Below are positions 1-10,795 of a stretch of DNA of 64,000 nucleotides, piece by piece (positions within the stretch are counted from its first letter, which is position 1; every line of letters starts with the position of its first letter). Both the position numbers and the translations under genes were made by a program. This DNA is from an uncultured cyanobacterium. GTDB lineage: Bacteria > Cyanobacteriota > Cyanobacteriia > Cyanobacteriales > Nostocaceae. The stretch covers positions 16,325-80,324 of the forward strand of contig CAVYXS010000258.1 of assembly GCA_963772205.1 (NCBI GenBank). Reading direction: 5' to 3'. The notes under the pieces were generated by a model that was not told the origin of the DNA, did no database searches, and saw only the letters and a list, made by a program, of their open reading frames with translations.

Positions 1-219
1 CCCCATATTTATCCTGACGCCAAGCGTTACAACAGCCTCACTTACGCCCACGTTTTGGCTAAAGATTTGCGGGTAATGGATAGTACTGCGATCGCTTTGT
101 GTAAAGAAAATAATATTCCCATTCTTGTATTTGACTTAACGGTGAGAGGTAACATCCACCGCGCAGTCGTGGGAGAATCTATCGGCACCCTTGTGGGAGG
201 TTCTTGTGACATTAGCTGA
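1..219 (+). CDS. pyrH: UMP kinase, C-terminal part (gene starts upstream of window)
   Basis: Frame-1 translation ...[58 protein letters not shown] ends at TGA 217-219. This is the typical PyrH C-terminus and sits directly upstream of frr, as in the conserved pyrH-frr arrangement. Confidence 0.8.
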   Translation, partial: PHIYPDAKRYNSLTYAHVLAKDLRVMDSTAIALCKENNIPILVFDLTVRGNIHRAVVGESIGTLVGGSCDIS

Positions 220-232
220 AGCTGAGAGTACG

Positions 233-754
233 ATGCAAAAGACCGTTGAAGCAACTCAACGCGCTTTTAACACTATTCGCACTGGCCGCGCCAATGCGAG
301 TTTATTAGATAAAGTCTTGGTGGACTACTATGGTTCACCTACACCTTTGAAATCTCTGGCAAATATCAGCACGCCAGACGCCTCAACGATCCATATTCAA
401 CCCTACGATCGCAGTAGCTTGAATATAGTCGAAAAGGCAATTTCTTTGTCGGATGTGGGTTTAACTCCCAGTAACGACGGTTCTGTCATCCGCCTAAATA
501 TCCCGCCTTTGACAAGCGATAGACGTAAAGAATTAGTCAAACTTGCCACTAAGTACGCCGAAGAAGGTCGTGTTGGTATTCGCAACATCCGCCGCGATGC
601 CATAGATTCTATTCGCAAACAAGAAAAAAGCGCCGCCATCCCTGAAGATGAAGCACGCGATCAGCAGGACAAACTACAAAAACTCACCAACAAATATATT
701 GCCAAAATAGACGAACTACTGGCAGAAAAAGAAAAAGACATCTCAACTGTCTAA
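233..754 (+). CDS. frr: ribosome recycling factor
   Basis: [46 protein letters not shown]... is a full-length RRF-family sequence. Start taken at the ATG at 233 inside ORF 191..754. Confidence 0.9.
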   Translation: MQKTVEATQRAFNTIRTGRANASLLDKVLVDYYGSPTPLKSLANISTPDASTIHIQPYDRSSLNIVEKAISLSDVGLTPSNDGSVIRLNIPPLTSDRRKELVKLATKYAEEGRVGIRNIRRDAIDSIRKQEKSAAIPEDEARDQQDKLQKLTNKYIAKIDELLAEKEKDISTV

Positions 755-1117
755 AAAATCATCAGTGAGGAGTTAGGAGTAATAATTCTCAATCTTAACT
801 CTCACTCTGAAGTGTAACTGTTTTCAATGCTTTGAAATACGGACATTGCCTAGGGACACAAGTTTTTTGTGTCCCTATTGCATCACTAAGTAGTCATCAG
901 CGACTAGGGAATCAGGACTAGTACTCTGTCTCATTAATTTTAATGGGTATGTAGTCAGCACTTTAGTGCTTTAATGAGCGATAAATCGCTCACTACGGAA
1001 CCATCATCATTAGTGCGATAGACCACTAGAGCGTCGGTCAAATTTCAACTACTTATTCCCAATATTCGTCGAAGATATATAAGAAAAAAAAACTAAATTC
1101 AGGAGCCAAAATTCAGA

Positions 1118-2239
1118 ATGTACGATAGTATCATTGTTGGTGCCGGACCTGCTGGTGGAACCGCTGCATATCATTTAGCCAAGCAGGGGCGCTCAGTATT
1201 AATTTTAGAAAAAGCATCTCTACCAAGATACAAACCCTGTGGCGGTGGTGTGTCGCCCATAGTCGCTCAATGGTTTGACTTTGACTTTAACCCAGCAATT
1301 TCAGCGAAAGTAGACACAGTTCGCTTCACCTGGAAATTAGGTGACGCCGTAGAAGCAAAAATCGGCATTAAAGAACCAATTTGGATGGTGCGCCGAGATA
1401 TTTTTGACCATTTCTTAGTGCAACAAGCTCAGAAGCAAGGCGCTGAATTGCAAGACAATACAGAAGTCACTGGTATTGAATTTCAAGGCGACTATTGGCA
1501 AGTTAATACAGCCAATGGTCCAGTTTCTGGGCGCTACTTAATTGGGGCTGATGGTGCTAAAGGTTCGATGGGAAAATGGCTAGGTTTAAAAGACCGTAAA
1601 CGACGTTTAGCAGGAGCATTGGAGGCAGAAGTAGCGACAGATGTACCGAATAAATCTATGGCACATTTCGAGTTTGGCTTAATCAAAAACGGCTACGTCT
1701 GGAACTTTCCCAAGGATGATGGTTATTCGATTGGTATTGGTACGTTCATTGGCAGTGAACCCCAAAACTTTAAGAAAATTTTGGATGAGTACGCCCAATC
1801 ATTTAATATTGATATCAAAACTAGCAAGCAGTATGGTCATCCCATTTGCCTATGGGATGGTAAGCAAAAGCTACATAGCCAAAATGCAATTTTGGCTGGA
1901 GAAGCCGCTTCTGTAGTTGATCCCTTGACAGCAGAAGGAATTCGCCCCTCAATTTTCAGCGGTTTGCTAGCAGCAGAAGCGATTAATCAAGCACTTTCTG
2001 GTAATCTCAATGCTTTAGAAGAATACACCCATGCTATTAATGAACAATGGGGTTCTGATATGGCGTGGGCACAAAAAATAGCTGCCGGATTTTATCGTTT
2101 TTCCAACATTAGTTATAAAACTGGTGTTAAAAGTGCCTCTGTCACCAAAATTATGGGTCAAATTTTGTGTGGAGAACTGCGTTATGCCGATATTGCCGGT
2201 CGCGCCCTCAAGCGTTTAATCCCTGGCTTTGGTGGTTAG
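1118..2239 (+). CDS. geranylgeranyl reductase family FAD-dependent oxidoreductase
   Basis: N-terminal Rossmann motif IIVGAGPAGGTAAYHLAKQGRSVLILEK, 373 aa, similar to ChlP/GG-reductase family. Confidence 0.75.
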   Translation: MYDSIIVGAGPAGGTAAYHLAKQGRSVLILEKASLPRYKPCGGGVSPIVAQWFDFDFNPAISAKVDTVRFTWKLGDAVEAKIGIKEPIWMVRRDIFDHFLVQQAQKQGAELQDNTEVTGIEFQGDYWQVNTANGPVSGRYLIGADGAKGSMGKWLGLKDRKRRLAGALEAEVATDVPNKSMAHFEFGLIKNGYVWNFPKDDGYSIGIGTFIGSEPQNFKKILDEYAQSFNIDIKTSKQYGHPICLWDGKQKLHSQNAILAGEAASVVDPLTAEGIRPSIFSGLLAAEAINQALSGNLNALEEYTHAINEQWGSDMAWAQKIAAGFYRFSNISYKTGVKSASVTKIMGQILCGELRYADIAGRALKRLIPGFGG

Positions 2240-2389
2240 TTGTAACTCATTAGGAGTTTTCCACAAATAAGCTATTTCATCTTGTGGGGTGGATAGTAAA
2301 GCCAGCCCAGGACGGGCGAGACGCCCATCCCACAAGAATTCATTGGCTCAGGACTGAGACAACTGGCATATTATTTTAAATTCGTAAAT

Positions 2390-2842
2390 TTACTCTTCCT
2401 CCTCGTCTAAATCTTCGTCATCTACATCCTCATCGTCTAAATCTGGCTGGGTTAATTTTTTATCACTTTCACCAAGTTGAATCAGGTGAATATGCTTGTA
2501 TCCCAGTCTAATTTCAAATTCATCACCAGATTTTAAGCCCATTGCTTTGGTATATGTAGCACCAATGACAATTTGGCCATTTTGATGCACACTAACCCGG
2601 TATGTCGGTTCACGACCACGCCCATCTTTGGGTGCTTCCGGACTCAGAGGAATTCCTCTGGCCGATAACAAGGCATCATAAAAATCTGTGAGATTGACAC
2701 GAACCTGCTTATTTTTAGTAACAGTGTAATAGCCGCACTGCTTGGCTCTTTCTCGACGTGGTAAATTGGAAAGTTCTTTAACTTTAGCAAGTAGTGCTTT
2801 TCCGGTTAATGGCGCGGTTGCAGTTTCAGTCATTATGCTCAA
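2390..2842 (-). CDS. cyanobacterial AbrB-family (cyAbrB/CalA-like) transcriptional regulator
   Basis: C-terminal AbrB/SpoVT swapped-hairpin domain IVIGATYTKAMGLKSGDEFEIRLGYKHIHLIQL, acidic tail. The domain is C-terminal, as in cyAbrB proteins. Confidence 0.7.
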   Translation of the reverse strand: MSIMTETATAPLTGKALLAKVKELSNLPRRERAKQCGYYTVTKNKQVRVNLTDFYDALLSARGIPLSPEAPKDGRGREPTYRVSVHQNGQIVIGATYTKAMGLKSGDEFEIRLGYKHIHLIQLGESDKKLTQPDLDDEDVDDEDLDEEEE

Positions 2843-4367
2843 AATTTCCTTACTTTCTCCAAACTGATAAACTCTGTCGTCTTATGCCAGTATTTAGCTT
2901 CTTAGCGTCTGCACAAGGGTACTTGTCCTCTAGGATGAGGACTTAATTCCTGCTGATCATGGGTAGGTCAAGAGCCTCTATTATGGTTGTTTACAACAAA
3001 TTAGAGGTTATGGCTGTCACAAGCATTAATTTCGGTGATTTTACGGCACTTTTAACCATCATTCGCCATCAGAAATAAATTTTTTTTCTTTTGGCGCTAC
3101 TGTAGCGGTATAACTTTAAGCCACCTTTACAAATTGTTTGAGTTCTACTACATCTAAGTTGTAGATCCCAGAAATTGCAGGTTTTCCAATTTCAGTGCTT
3201 GTCTTTCTTGCCAGTGATTTATAGGTTATTCCCTACTCATCCTGCCAAGCTTCGGACAGCATAGTATTTGAATGGGGTACTACAGCTATACACCCTTTTC
3301 TCCTGCCAATAGAGACGTGAAATTTCTTGTCTCTACATTACGAATAAACAAAGCAGTAGTAGCCGCGCTTATACGGCTATTGAGACATGTTTTGTGACTT
3401 CGTAATTTCATATTAAATACTAGCATGGACTAATAATAGCAAAATAGTTGTTTTATTTTGAATTAAAATTGCTAGTAAAGTTTTATTCTAAATCTCCTAG
3501 CTCACGGAAGGTAAAAAGCGGTGAGGATTGTTCTAGGGCTTGTTTGAGGTAGTGAGTATTGCGGCTAGGCTTTTATAAAAATTCATCTAATTTAGACGAG
3601 CAGTTTTGAGAGTGAGTTACATCCTTTGATTGTCTTGATTGTCAGGATTTTGCTGTCTGTTGATCCGCGTGAGCCAAAAAGTGGTCATAGTATTGTGCAT
3701 ATCTCTGGGAAGAATAAATTTTCCCACATATATATAGTGCTTTGTTGCCACCACCAAATGTTCATCATCAGATTTAACAATTCTATATAACCAAAAATTC
3801 CCCCTTAGTGAATGATTAAGGGATTTTGGCGCCAGTGGCTGCCAATCCTTTTGACATGAATATCTCGTGATAACCTAAAGTAGATTTAATTTGCTGATTT
3901 TTTCTCTTCAGGGGATGATCATAACTCCCTTGAAGAATGTAACTCTTCTCGCGGACACTGCATAACAGGTAAATTCACAAGAGTCAAGAGTCAAAAGAAA
4001 GGAATAGGCAAGAGGCTATAGGAAATAAATATTTTCCTATAGTCGCGTACCCATTCCCGATAGCCTTGGGAATTTGGACTAGTGGACTTTGAGAAACAAA
4101 GTGGAGGGGATTTAAATTTGCAGCGGTAATTACTTTTTTTGCTGTTGCGGCTGGGAGATTGAGACAAATCTCGGCGATCGCCATTCTACAACTAAAATTT
4201 TCATGGTGATCCTGAAACTAAAATCACTAAGTCTTTAATTATCAGCTTATTAACAGCTAACCTAGAATCTAGGGCAAAAAAAGTATAGCTCATTTTTGAG
4301 AGTAACCTGTCTGTAGTCGTGATTTCTCAGGTGGGTATGGTAAGCTTGAAAATTTTGGTTGGTGCTA

Positions 4368-5369
4368 ATGGAACTTCGTTTTAAGGTCATTCGACAGCAA
4401 GAAAATGCCTCGCCAGTAGTGCAAACTTACCTATTGGAGGCAGAACCTAGCAATACAATCCTGGATTGTCTCAATCAAATTAAGTGGGAGCAAGATGGGA
4501 CTTTGGCATTTCGCAAAAATTGCCGCAATACCATTTGTGGTAGCTGCGCTATGCGAATCAATGGACGTTCGGCTTTAGCTTGTAAGGAAAACGTTGGCAG
4601 TGAACTGGCCAGATTACAAAAGATATCATCCTCAGAACCTCAGGTAAATACCAGTCCAGAAATTACAGTAGCGCCTCTCGGTAATATGCCCGTAATTAAG
4701 GATTTGGTTGTAGATATGCACAGTTTTTGGGATAATCTGGAGGCGGTTACTCCTTATGTGAGTACAGCCGCCCGACAAGTTCCAGAACGAGAATTTTTGC
4801 AAACACCAGAAGAGCGATCGCGCCTCGATCAAACTGGCAATTGTATCATGTGTGGAGCTTGCTATTCTGAATGCAACGCCCGTGAAGTTGATTCAAACTT
4901 TGTCGGACCCCACGCCCTAGCAAAAGCTTACCGCATGGTAGCAGATTCGCGCGATCGCCAAACCGAAACTCGCTTAGAAATTTACAACGAAGGTACTCAA
5001 GGTGTTTGGGGTTGCACCCGTTGTTTATACTGCGATAGTGTTTGTCCTATGGAAGTCGCACCACTAGAACAAATAACCAAAATTAAACAAGAAATTCTCT
5101 CACGCAAACAAGCCAGCGACAGCCGCACAATTCGTCACCGCAAAGTATTAATAGACTTAGTTAAAGCAGGTGGCTGGATTGATGAACGTCAATTTGGTTT
5201 ACAAGTAGTAGGTAATTATTTTAAAGATTTAACAGGATTGCTCAGTCTTGCACCCCTCGGCTTGCGGATGATCATCAAAGGTAAATTCCCCCTTTCTTTT
5301 GAATCTTCCGTAGGAACTCAACAAGTGCGATCGCTCATCGAATCCATACAACAACTAGAAAATAAATAG
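4368..5369 (+). CDS. sdhB: succinate dehydrogenase/fumarate reductase iron-sulfur subunit
   Basis: 2Fe-2S motif CRNTICGSCAMRINGRSALAC, 4Fe-4S/3Fe-4S Cys clusters CIMCGACYSEC and CTRCLYCDSVCP. Start chosen at MELRFKV (ORF opens at 4359). Confidence 0.85.
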   Translation: MELRFKVIRQQENASPVVQTYLLEAEPSNTILDCLNQIKWEQDGTLAFRKNCRNTICGSCAMRINGRSALACKENVGSELARLQKISSSEPQVNTSPEITVAPLGNMPVIKDLVVDMHSFWDNLEAVTPYVSTAARQVPEREFLQTPEERSRLDQTGNCIMCGACYSECNAREVDSNFVGPHALAKAYRMVADSRDRQTETRLEIYNEGTQGVWGCTRCLYCDSVCPMEVAPLEQITKIKQEILSRKQASDSRTIRHRKVLIDLVKAGGWIDERQFGLQVVGNYFKDLTGLLSLAPLGLRMIIKGKFPLSFESSVGTQQVRSLIESIQQLENK

Positions 5370-5417
5370 TGCTGAGTGAGGAGTGCTGAGTTGGGATAAT
5401 TTCTCCCCATCTCACCC

Positions 5418-5939
5418 TCACCGAGGATCTTGTGGGATATTCAATGGTTGTCCCGAACGGTCATAAACTAAAATATCCCACTGTCCATTGCTACTAGATT
5501 CAAACGCAATTCTATTACCATCGGCGCTAATGGCGGGGTTGCGGACTTCCGCTTGCAAATTAGCAGTTAAATTTCGTGATTGGCGTGTTTCTCTGTCGTA
5601 GAGGAGGATAGCCGATCGCCCTTGACGACTAGCAGCAAAAACGATGTAGCGACCATCACTAGAAACCCCAGGATGAGAAGCGATCGTATCAAAGGAATTT
5701 AAACCTGACAGATCAACCAAATTACTAGTTACAGTATCAAACATGTATATATCTTGGCTACCTCGGCGGTCACTGGTAAAAACAATGTATCTACCCGAAA
5801 TTTGGGGATTTAATTCCGAGGCTAGACTGTTGAGACTCCGACCCCCCGAATCAAACGGATAACTTAACAGACGCGGGTAGCCAAAACACCCATTCAAACC
5901 TAAGCACGTAAACACAGAAATCAAAATAGAGGGTTTCAT
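5418..5939 (-). CDS. TolB-like periplasmic beta-propeller (PD40 repeat) lipoprotein
   Basis: Repeated GRYIVF..SDR..G..DIY PD40-like motifs. N-terminal lipoprotein-like signal MKPSILISVFTCLGLNGC. Confidence 0.65.
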   Translation of the reverse strand: MKPSILISVFTCLGLNGCFGYPRLLSYPFDSGGRSLNSLASELNPQISGRYIVFTSDRRGSQDIYMFDTVTSNLVDLSGLNSFDTIASHPGVSSDGRYIVFAASRQGRSAILLYDRETRQSRNLTANLQAEVRNPAISADGNRIAFESSSNGQWDILVYDRSGQPLNIPQDPR

Positions 5940-5958
5940 AATTAATATATTTAGTTAT

Positions 5959-6022
5959 GGGGCATGGGGCATGGGGCATGGGTAATTAATTAACTCCCCA
6001 TCTCCCCATCTCCCCATCTCCG
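5959..6022. repeat. STRR-like heptamer block (GGGGCAT)n followed by (CTCCCCAT)n
   Basis: Direct tandem repeats visible in sequence between the two PD40 genes. Confidence 0.8.
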
Positions 6023-6520
6023 CTACGGTGGTGGACTCACGGTGGCACCATTGGGAATATCTAACTCTATATTTGGCCCCCGGTCTAGGACTTCAATATC
6101 CCACTGACCACGGCTAGCCGTTTCAAATACAACATAACGTCCATCTGGACTGATTCCAGGCTTTCTGACCCAGCCACGATAGATTGGGGTGAGAATTTGC
6201 GATTGTTCGATAGCGCGATCGTAGAGTGCCACCACTGGTCTACCTTGGTCGCTAGTAAGATAAACAATATAACGCCCTGTGTAGCTCAGGCTAGGACTTT
6301 CGGCAATTGTTTCCCGTCGGTTTAAGCCTGGTATGCCGATAAAGCGTTGCTGTTCCAAGTCGTACATCAGTAACTGGTGATTACCATTACGATTGGAAAC
6401 AAAAGCTAAAAAGCGCCCATTTCCACTCAAAGTTGGTTGCTCTTCCGTGTAGCGACTATTGAGGGATGTAGTCCCAATGGGGATATCGCTCGAACTACAA
6501 GATACAAGCAGACTTACCAA
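6023..6520 (-). CDS. TolB-like periplasmic beta-propeller (PD40 repeat) lipoprotein, paralog of neighbour
   Basis: Same PD40 repeat pattern (GRFLAFVSNRNGNHQLLMYDL; GRYIVYLTSDQG; GRYVVFETASRGQWDI). Lipobox LLVSC. Confidence 0.65.
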   Translation of the reverse strand: MVSLLVSCSSSDIPIGTTSLNSRYTEEQPTLSGNGRFLAFVSNRNGNHQLLMYDLEQQRFIGIPGLNRRETIAESPSLSYTGRYIVYLTSDQGRPVVALYDRAIEQSQILTPIYRGWVRKPGISPDGRYVVFETASRGQWDIEVLDRGPNIELDIPNGATVSPPP

Positions 6521-6631
6521 GCTAAAAACCAGGCTCCAATGAATGGGTCTGTTGGAGCCAAAATCTAGGCGTAATTTTGTTCACCGCAACTATTTTCCGT
6601 CGCCTATCAGCCTACATCCACCCTGAATATT

Positions 6632-7525
6632 TTAATACTTGTCATAATTGGTTGAATTATCTACATCGTCATCTGGCTTGGCGATCGGTTTGTATTCTAC
6701 ATAATCAGTGGGGATCGCGTCATCATCATCGCGTTCTCTGCGAGGAGTTGAGTCACTAGGGGGACGACGCCTCCTGGGTTTGGGGGTAACATCTTCCTCA
6801 CGACTTTCTGGACGCTGAGGGCTGTTGTTACCACGACGGGGAGGTTTTCTGACTTCTCCTGCAGAACTGTCCCAATCATCAACTTCCCTAGGGGCTGAAC
6901 CCCAATCATCTTCTTGTGTTTCGGGACGACTTGCTGGACGCCCTGAACTCCGCCGGCGCGTTTTATCAGTAGATTCCGGCTTTTCTGTGCTGTTGCGCCG
7001 TTCAGAACGACGGGGTGGTTGATCTTCATAGTAGTCATCGCGAGGCGATCGCTCATCCCTGCTACCTCGAATTCGCGCACGCGGGGGGCGTTCCTCGTCT
7101 TCATAAGGTAATGGTTCTAATTCTGCGTCTACCTCGGCTTTATACCTCCGCTCATAGGAATATTTATTACTTACTGGTCGGTCTTCGTCTACAATCGGCG
7201 TATTGCGCTTGGCTTGCTGGGTGGCTATACTTCGCAGTCGAATACTTTCAACTGCAAAGAATACGGTTGTGCCGACTAAAAGCAGCTGACCAAATTGTAA
7301 AATTGGGTCTAGTCGCCAACCTTGGAAGATCAGAATAAAACCACAAAGTAAGCCTACCGCCGCAAAAAATATATCTTGATCTCGTGACAGTTCGGGACGC
7401 ACAGTCCTCAGAAAATACAGTGCTGCTCCAGACACAGCTAGGAAAATTCCTAGAATACTGGCTGAGTTCGCCCCAAAATTTACCTGAGCCAGAATACTGG
7501 CTGAATTCAGCCAAAAATTTATCAT
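6632..7525 (-). CDS. ycf66: Ycf66 family membrane protein with long charged (R/D/E/P-rich) C-terminal tail
   Basis: N-terminus NSASILGIFLAVSGAALYFLRTVRPELSRDQDIFFAAVGLLCGFILIFQGW matches the Ycf66_N domain. The remaining ~200 aa are low-complexity RRxE/D. Confidence 0.75.
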   Translation of the reverse strand: MINFWLNSASILAQVNFGANSASILGIFLAVSGAALYFLRTVRPELSRDQDIFFAAVGLLCGFILIFQGWRLDPILQFGQLLLVGTTVFFAVESIRLRSIATQQAKRNTPIVDEDRPVSNKYSYERRYKAEVDAELEPLPYEDEERPPRARIRGSRDERSPRDDYYEDQPPRRSERRNSTEKPESTDKTRRRSSGRPASRPETQEDDWGSAPREVDDWDSSAGEVRKPPRRGNNSPQRPESREEDVTPKPRRRRPPSDSTPRRERDDDDAIPTDYVEYKPIAKPDDDVDNSTNYDKY

Positions 7526-8207
7526 AAAACCTCGCGGGATGTGGGAAACTCAGCTTTTAAAAGCTGAGAGGGAAACGGCACGAGCGAACGCCACTTGCTA
7601 CAACTTTGGGAACCAAAGCAATGCAGTGACTCCTTTAGTCGCAGTCCCCTTACGGGGGGGTGGTAGATAGAGGAACAGTATTTACCACCTTCCCTGTATG
7701 CCGAGAATCGCCTTGCTGTTCCAGTAATGTTAGCTTAGACCTGTTATCAGAAGCTCAGTAGGCTGAAAGCACTGTTCCAGTGACCTTAGAACTGTTTAAC
7801 TTACAGCGACAGAGCGGGGAACTAGCTACGCATTCCGAGGTGTCGTGACTCAAATAACGGCTACCCTTAGACTACAATCAGGGTGGTCTGGTCAGTACGG
7901 CTTGCTTGATTTCTCTTACAAGCCCAGTCCCTTTAGGGCTGGGTTACTGACTGCTGTTTTCCCAATATCAAATCTATGTTAGCGAGTCACAATTAAAATC
8001 ACTACTCTAATCCGGCACAATAATATAGATTAAAGCTTCAAAGCATCTAGTAAAGAAGCTCTGAAGCTATGTACCTCAAACTAAAAAGCTGATATCTGTC
8101 AGGTAAGTATACCTTGTCCTGGGTTGGAGGAATTGATGCTCCTAGGGGATTAAGGTAAATAGCTGACAGACAATCGATTATGAGGGTCTAATTAACTCCC
8201 TAAATGA

Positions 8208-8327
8208 TTATGAACGCTGGATTTTATCTTTTTGGCTAATGAAAATCAGCGCAACTGTTGCTGGGATCACGACAATCGCTGTACCCCAAACCAGACTCCA
8301 AAGAAAATTTGCTAAAGCAGGTGTCAT
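8208..8327 (-). CDS. psbX: photosystem II protein PsbX (39 aa). It is below the 60-aa ORF cutoff, so absent from the supplied track.
   Basis: Reverse-complement of 8208-8327 translates as MTPALANFLWSLVWGTAIVVIPATVALIFISQKDKIQRS*, a near-canonical PsbX sequence (single TM helix). Confidence 0.8.
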   Translation of the reverse strand: MTPALANFLWSLVWGTAIVVIPATVALIFISQKDKIQRS

Positions 8328-8587
8328 AGTTATCAACCTTTTTTTACACACTTCATCATAATAATTCTAATGGTGTATCACTTCCTTGAGAAGCCTCTAA
8401 CCATAAGCTAGTAATCAACAAACGCCCAAAAGCCTGTTTGCACTTTCATCCATAGGAGAAAGTCACAGCATTTGGTTAAAATGAGAGAGCGTGTTTACAA
8501 AGCTTAAACTTTTCCGAGAGTTCACAGATATTATTAGCTCAAATCGATGACTGGTGTTAACCTGACTGCTTTGATTCTCGGCCTGTC

Positions 8588-8839
8588 TTGGGAGTGATGA
8601 CATTTTTGTTTATTTTCCGTATCATTCTCACTTGGTATCCACAAGTGAATCTGAATCGTTTGCCCTTTAATCTTATAGCTTGGCCTACGGAACCATTTTT
8701 AGTACCACTGCGAAAGCTGGTGCAACCCATAGGCGGTGTGGACATTACTCCCATCATTTGGGTTGGTATTTTCAGCCTGCTACGAGAAATTTTACTAGGT
8801 CAGCAAGGATTGCTGACTATGTTGTCGCGTGTGAATTAG
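8588..8839 (+). CDS. ycf19: YggT/Ycf19 family membrane protein
   Basis: FRIILTWYPQVNL...PTEPFLVPLRKLVQPIGGVDITPIIWVGI is the YggT signature. Start may be at the third Met (8597). Confidence 0.8.
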   Translation: MGVMTFLFIFRIILTWYPQVNLNRLPFNLIAWPTEPFLVPLRKLVQPIGGVDITPIIWVGIFSLLREILLGQQGLLTMLSRVN

Positions 8840-8965
8840 GGCATGGGGCATGGGGTATGGGGCATGGGAAGATGGGGAGATGAGGAGGATGAGGGAGATG
8901 AGGAAGTAATTTTTCCCAATGCCCAATACCCAATGCCCAATGCCCAATGCCCAATGCCCAATCCC
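8839..8965. repeat. inverted heptamer array (GGGGCAT)n ... (ATGCCCA)n forming a long potential hairpin
   Basis: GGGCATGGGGCATGGGGTATGGGGCATGGG ... CCCAATGCCCAATACCCAATGCCCAATGCCCAATGCCCAATCCC. Lies between the convergent ycf19 and accC 3' ends. Confidence 0.8.
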
Positions 8966-10309
8966 TTAACTATTTATATCCTGCACAAAACTAGTGGAGA
9001 CATTACCCTGTAAAAACTGGGGATTTTCCATGATTTTTTGATGAAATCCAATAGTTGTGGGTAGTCCAGTGACAGCACACTCCCGCAAAGCCCGTTTCAT
9101 GCGGTTAATCGCTGTGGGACGGTCGGGTCCCCAAACAATTAACTTACCAATTAAGGAATCGTAGTAGGGCGGAATTTGGTAATCTGTGTAAACGTGGGAA
9201 TCAATTCGCACGCCAGGACCACCAGGAGGAAGATAACCACTAATCCTGCCTGGGGAAGGGCGAAAGTCATGGTCAGGATCTTCGGCGTTAATGCGACATT
9301 CGATCGCATGACCCCGCAAAACAACTTGGTCTTGAGTCAGCTTGAGTCTTTCTCCTTGGGCAATCCTAATTTGTTCCACAACCAAGTCTATCCCAGTAAT
9401 CATCTCGGTTACAGGATGCTCAACTTGAATCCGGGTGTTCATTTCCATAAAATAGAATTGACCCGATCTATCCAAAAGAAATTCAATGGTACCCGCCCCA
9501 GTGTAATTAATAAACTGAGCGGCTTTGACCGCAGCTTGTCCCATTTTTTCGCGTAAATCTGGGTCGAGAGCTGGGCTGGGGGCTTCTTCGAGCAGCTTTT
9601 GGTTGCGGCGCTGAATCGAGCAATCCCGTTCGCCCAAATGGATAACGTTACCATAGTTATCTGCTAAAATCTGAAACTCAATGTGGCGCGGACGCTCAAT
9701 GAATTTTTCTATATAAACGCCAGAATTACCAAAAGCTGCACCCGCTTCACCTTGGGCGGCAAAGAAGAGTTTGACGAATTCGTCTTCAGAACGCACAAGC
9801 CGCATACCTCGTCCACCGCCACCCGCAGTGGCTTTAATCATCACGGGATAACCGATATCCTTGGCAAGTATTAATCCTTCTTGTTCTGATTCTACTAACC
9901 CTTCACTACCAGGGACAGTAGGCACCCGAGCTCTTTGCATGGTTTCTTTGGCGGTAGATTTATCCCCCATCAAGCGGATAGCGTCGGGAGTGGGGCCAAT
10001 AAAAGCAATATGATGGTCATTACAGATTTCCACAAATCGAGCATTTTCTGCCAAAAACCCATAACCAGGATGAATAGCGCTGGCATTGCGCGTTAAGGCT
10101 GCAGCAATAATATTGGGAATATTCAAATAACTTTTACTGCTGGCTGGTTCGCCAATGCAAACCGCTTCATCGGCAAGTTGGACGTGTAGAGCGTTACGAT
10201 CAACAGTGGAGTGAACCGCAACCGTCGCAATTCCCATTTCTTCACAGGCGCGGAGAATGCGAAGGGCTATTTCTCCCCGATTGGCAATTAATATTTTATC
10301 AAACTTCAT
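8966..10309 (-). CDS. accC: acetyl-CoA carboxylase biotin carboxylase subunit
   Basis: [34 protein letters not shown]..., 447 aa, full ATP-grasp biotin carboxylase. Confidence 0.95.
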   Translation of the reverse strand: MKFDKILIANRGEIALRILRACEEMGIATVAVHSTVDRNALHVQLADEAVCIGEPASSKSYLNIPNIIAAALTRNASAIHPGYGFLAENARFVEICNDHHIAFIGPTPDAIRLMGDKSTAKETMQRARVPTVPGSEGLVESEQEGLILAKDIGYPVMIKATAGGGGRGMRLVRSEDEFVKLFFAAQGEAGAAFGNSGVYIEKFIERPRHIEFQILADNYGNVIHLGERDCSIQRRNQKLLEEAPSPALDPDLREKMGQAAVKAAQFINYTGAGTIEFLLDRSGQFYFMEMNTRIQVEHPVTEMITGIDLVVEQIRIAQGERLKLTQDQVVLRGHAIECRINAEDPDHDFRPSPGRISGYLPPGGPGVRIDSHVYTDYQIPPYYDSLIGKLIVWGPDRPTAINRMKRALRECAVTGLPTTIGFHQKIMENPQFLQGNVSTSFVQDINS

Positions 10310-10714
10310 TTTCTAGCTGCGATATTAGTACCAGTAGATTGACATTCTCTCCCATTCAACTTGCAACAACGCTTTCGCCTTATTGCAAATTATGACGGAA
10401 GATTACCAAGCCTCGTCCTCAGCAAGGTGCAAATGCCCTTTGGGAAACCCCCCAAAGGCTAGGATCTAGCTTAGAAGTCCCTACGGGTTTTAACTAGACT
10501 AACAATATTACTGCTGCTAGTCTGTTTCGCTCACCCGCAGAAAGCTTTTGGCTATAACCGATATAACCCAATGGCATAGAGCTAGGGGAGCCTAAACAAT
10601 CGTGCCATTCAGCTATACCCCCTTTAATATCACTTGAAAAATAACTACATTTCTGTCAGTCTGGTATCCACCAGCAAAAAATTTATGCTATATTCATTTA
10701 GTTAGATAACTTAT

Positions 10715-10795
10715 GCGGATGTGGCGGAATTGGTATACGCGCACGCTTGAGGTGCGTGTGGCTTTGCCTTGCGAGTTCGAGTCTCGCCATCCGCA
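10715..10795 (+). tRNA. tRNA-Leu (anticodon GAG), long variable arm, CCA not encoded
   Basis: GCGGATG acceptor stem pairs with CATCCGC. Anticodon stem CACGC/GCGTG with loop TTGAGGT. Variable arm TGGCTTTGCCTT. T-arm GCGAG-TTCGAGT-CTCGC. Confidence 0.8.

Noticed and set aside
7526-8207. RNase P RNA or tmRNA in the psbX-ycf66 spacer
   Set aside because: Looked for P4 motifs (GGAAAGTCCGG / ACAGAAnCCGGCTTA) and a tmRNA T-loop (GGTTCGATTCC) plus GGGG…CCACCA ends on both strands and found none. Kept only as an unspecified structured-RNA candidate.
5940-8965. Possible CRISPR arrays at the heptamer repeat blocks (5959-6022, 8839-8965, 37136-37176, 57787-57856)
   Set aside because: Units are 7 nt with no unique spacers, and the arrays are inverted copies of one another: STRR-type simple repeats, not CRISPR.
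9176-9874. ORFs of 63-126 aa on the strand opposite accC (9176..9556, 9439..9654, 9683..9874)
   Set aside because: Entirely contained in a well-supported conserved gene and without family features: shadow ORFs. The same reasoning applies to antisense ORFs inside the ABC transporter (12598..12804, 13662..13961), MscS-like gene (21403..22899), atpD (28656..29453), flotillin (31004..32438), zwf/tal/fbp and others.
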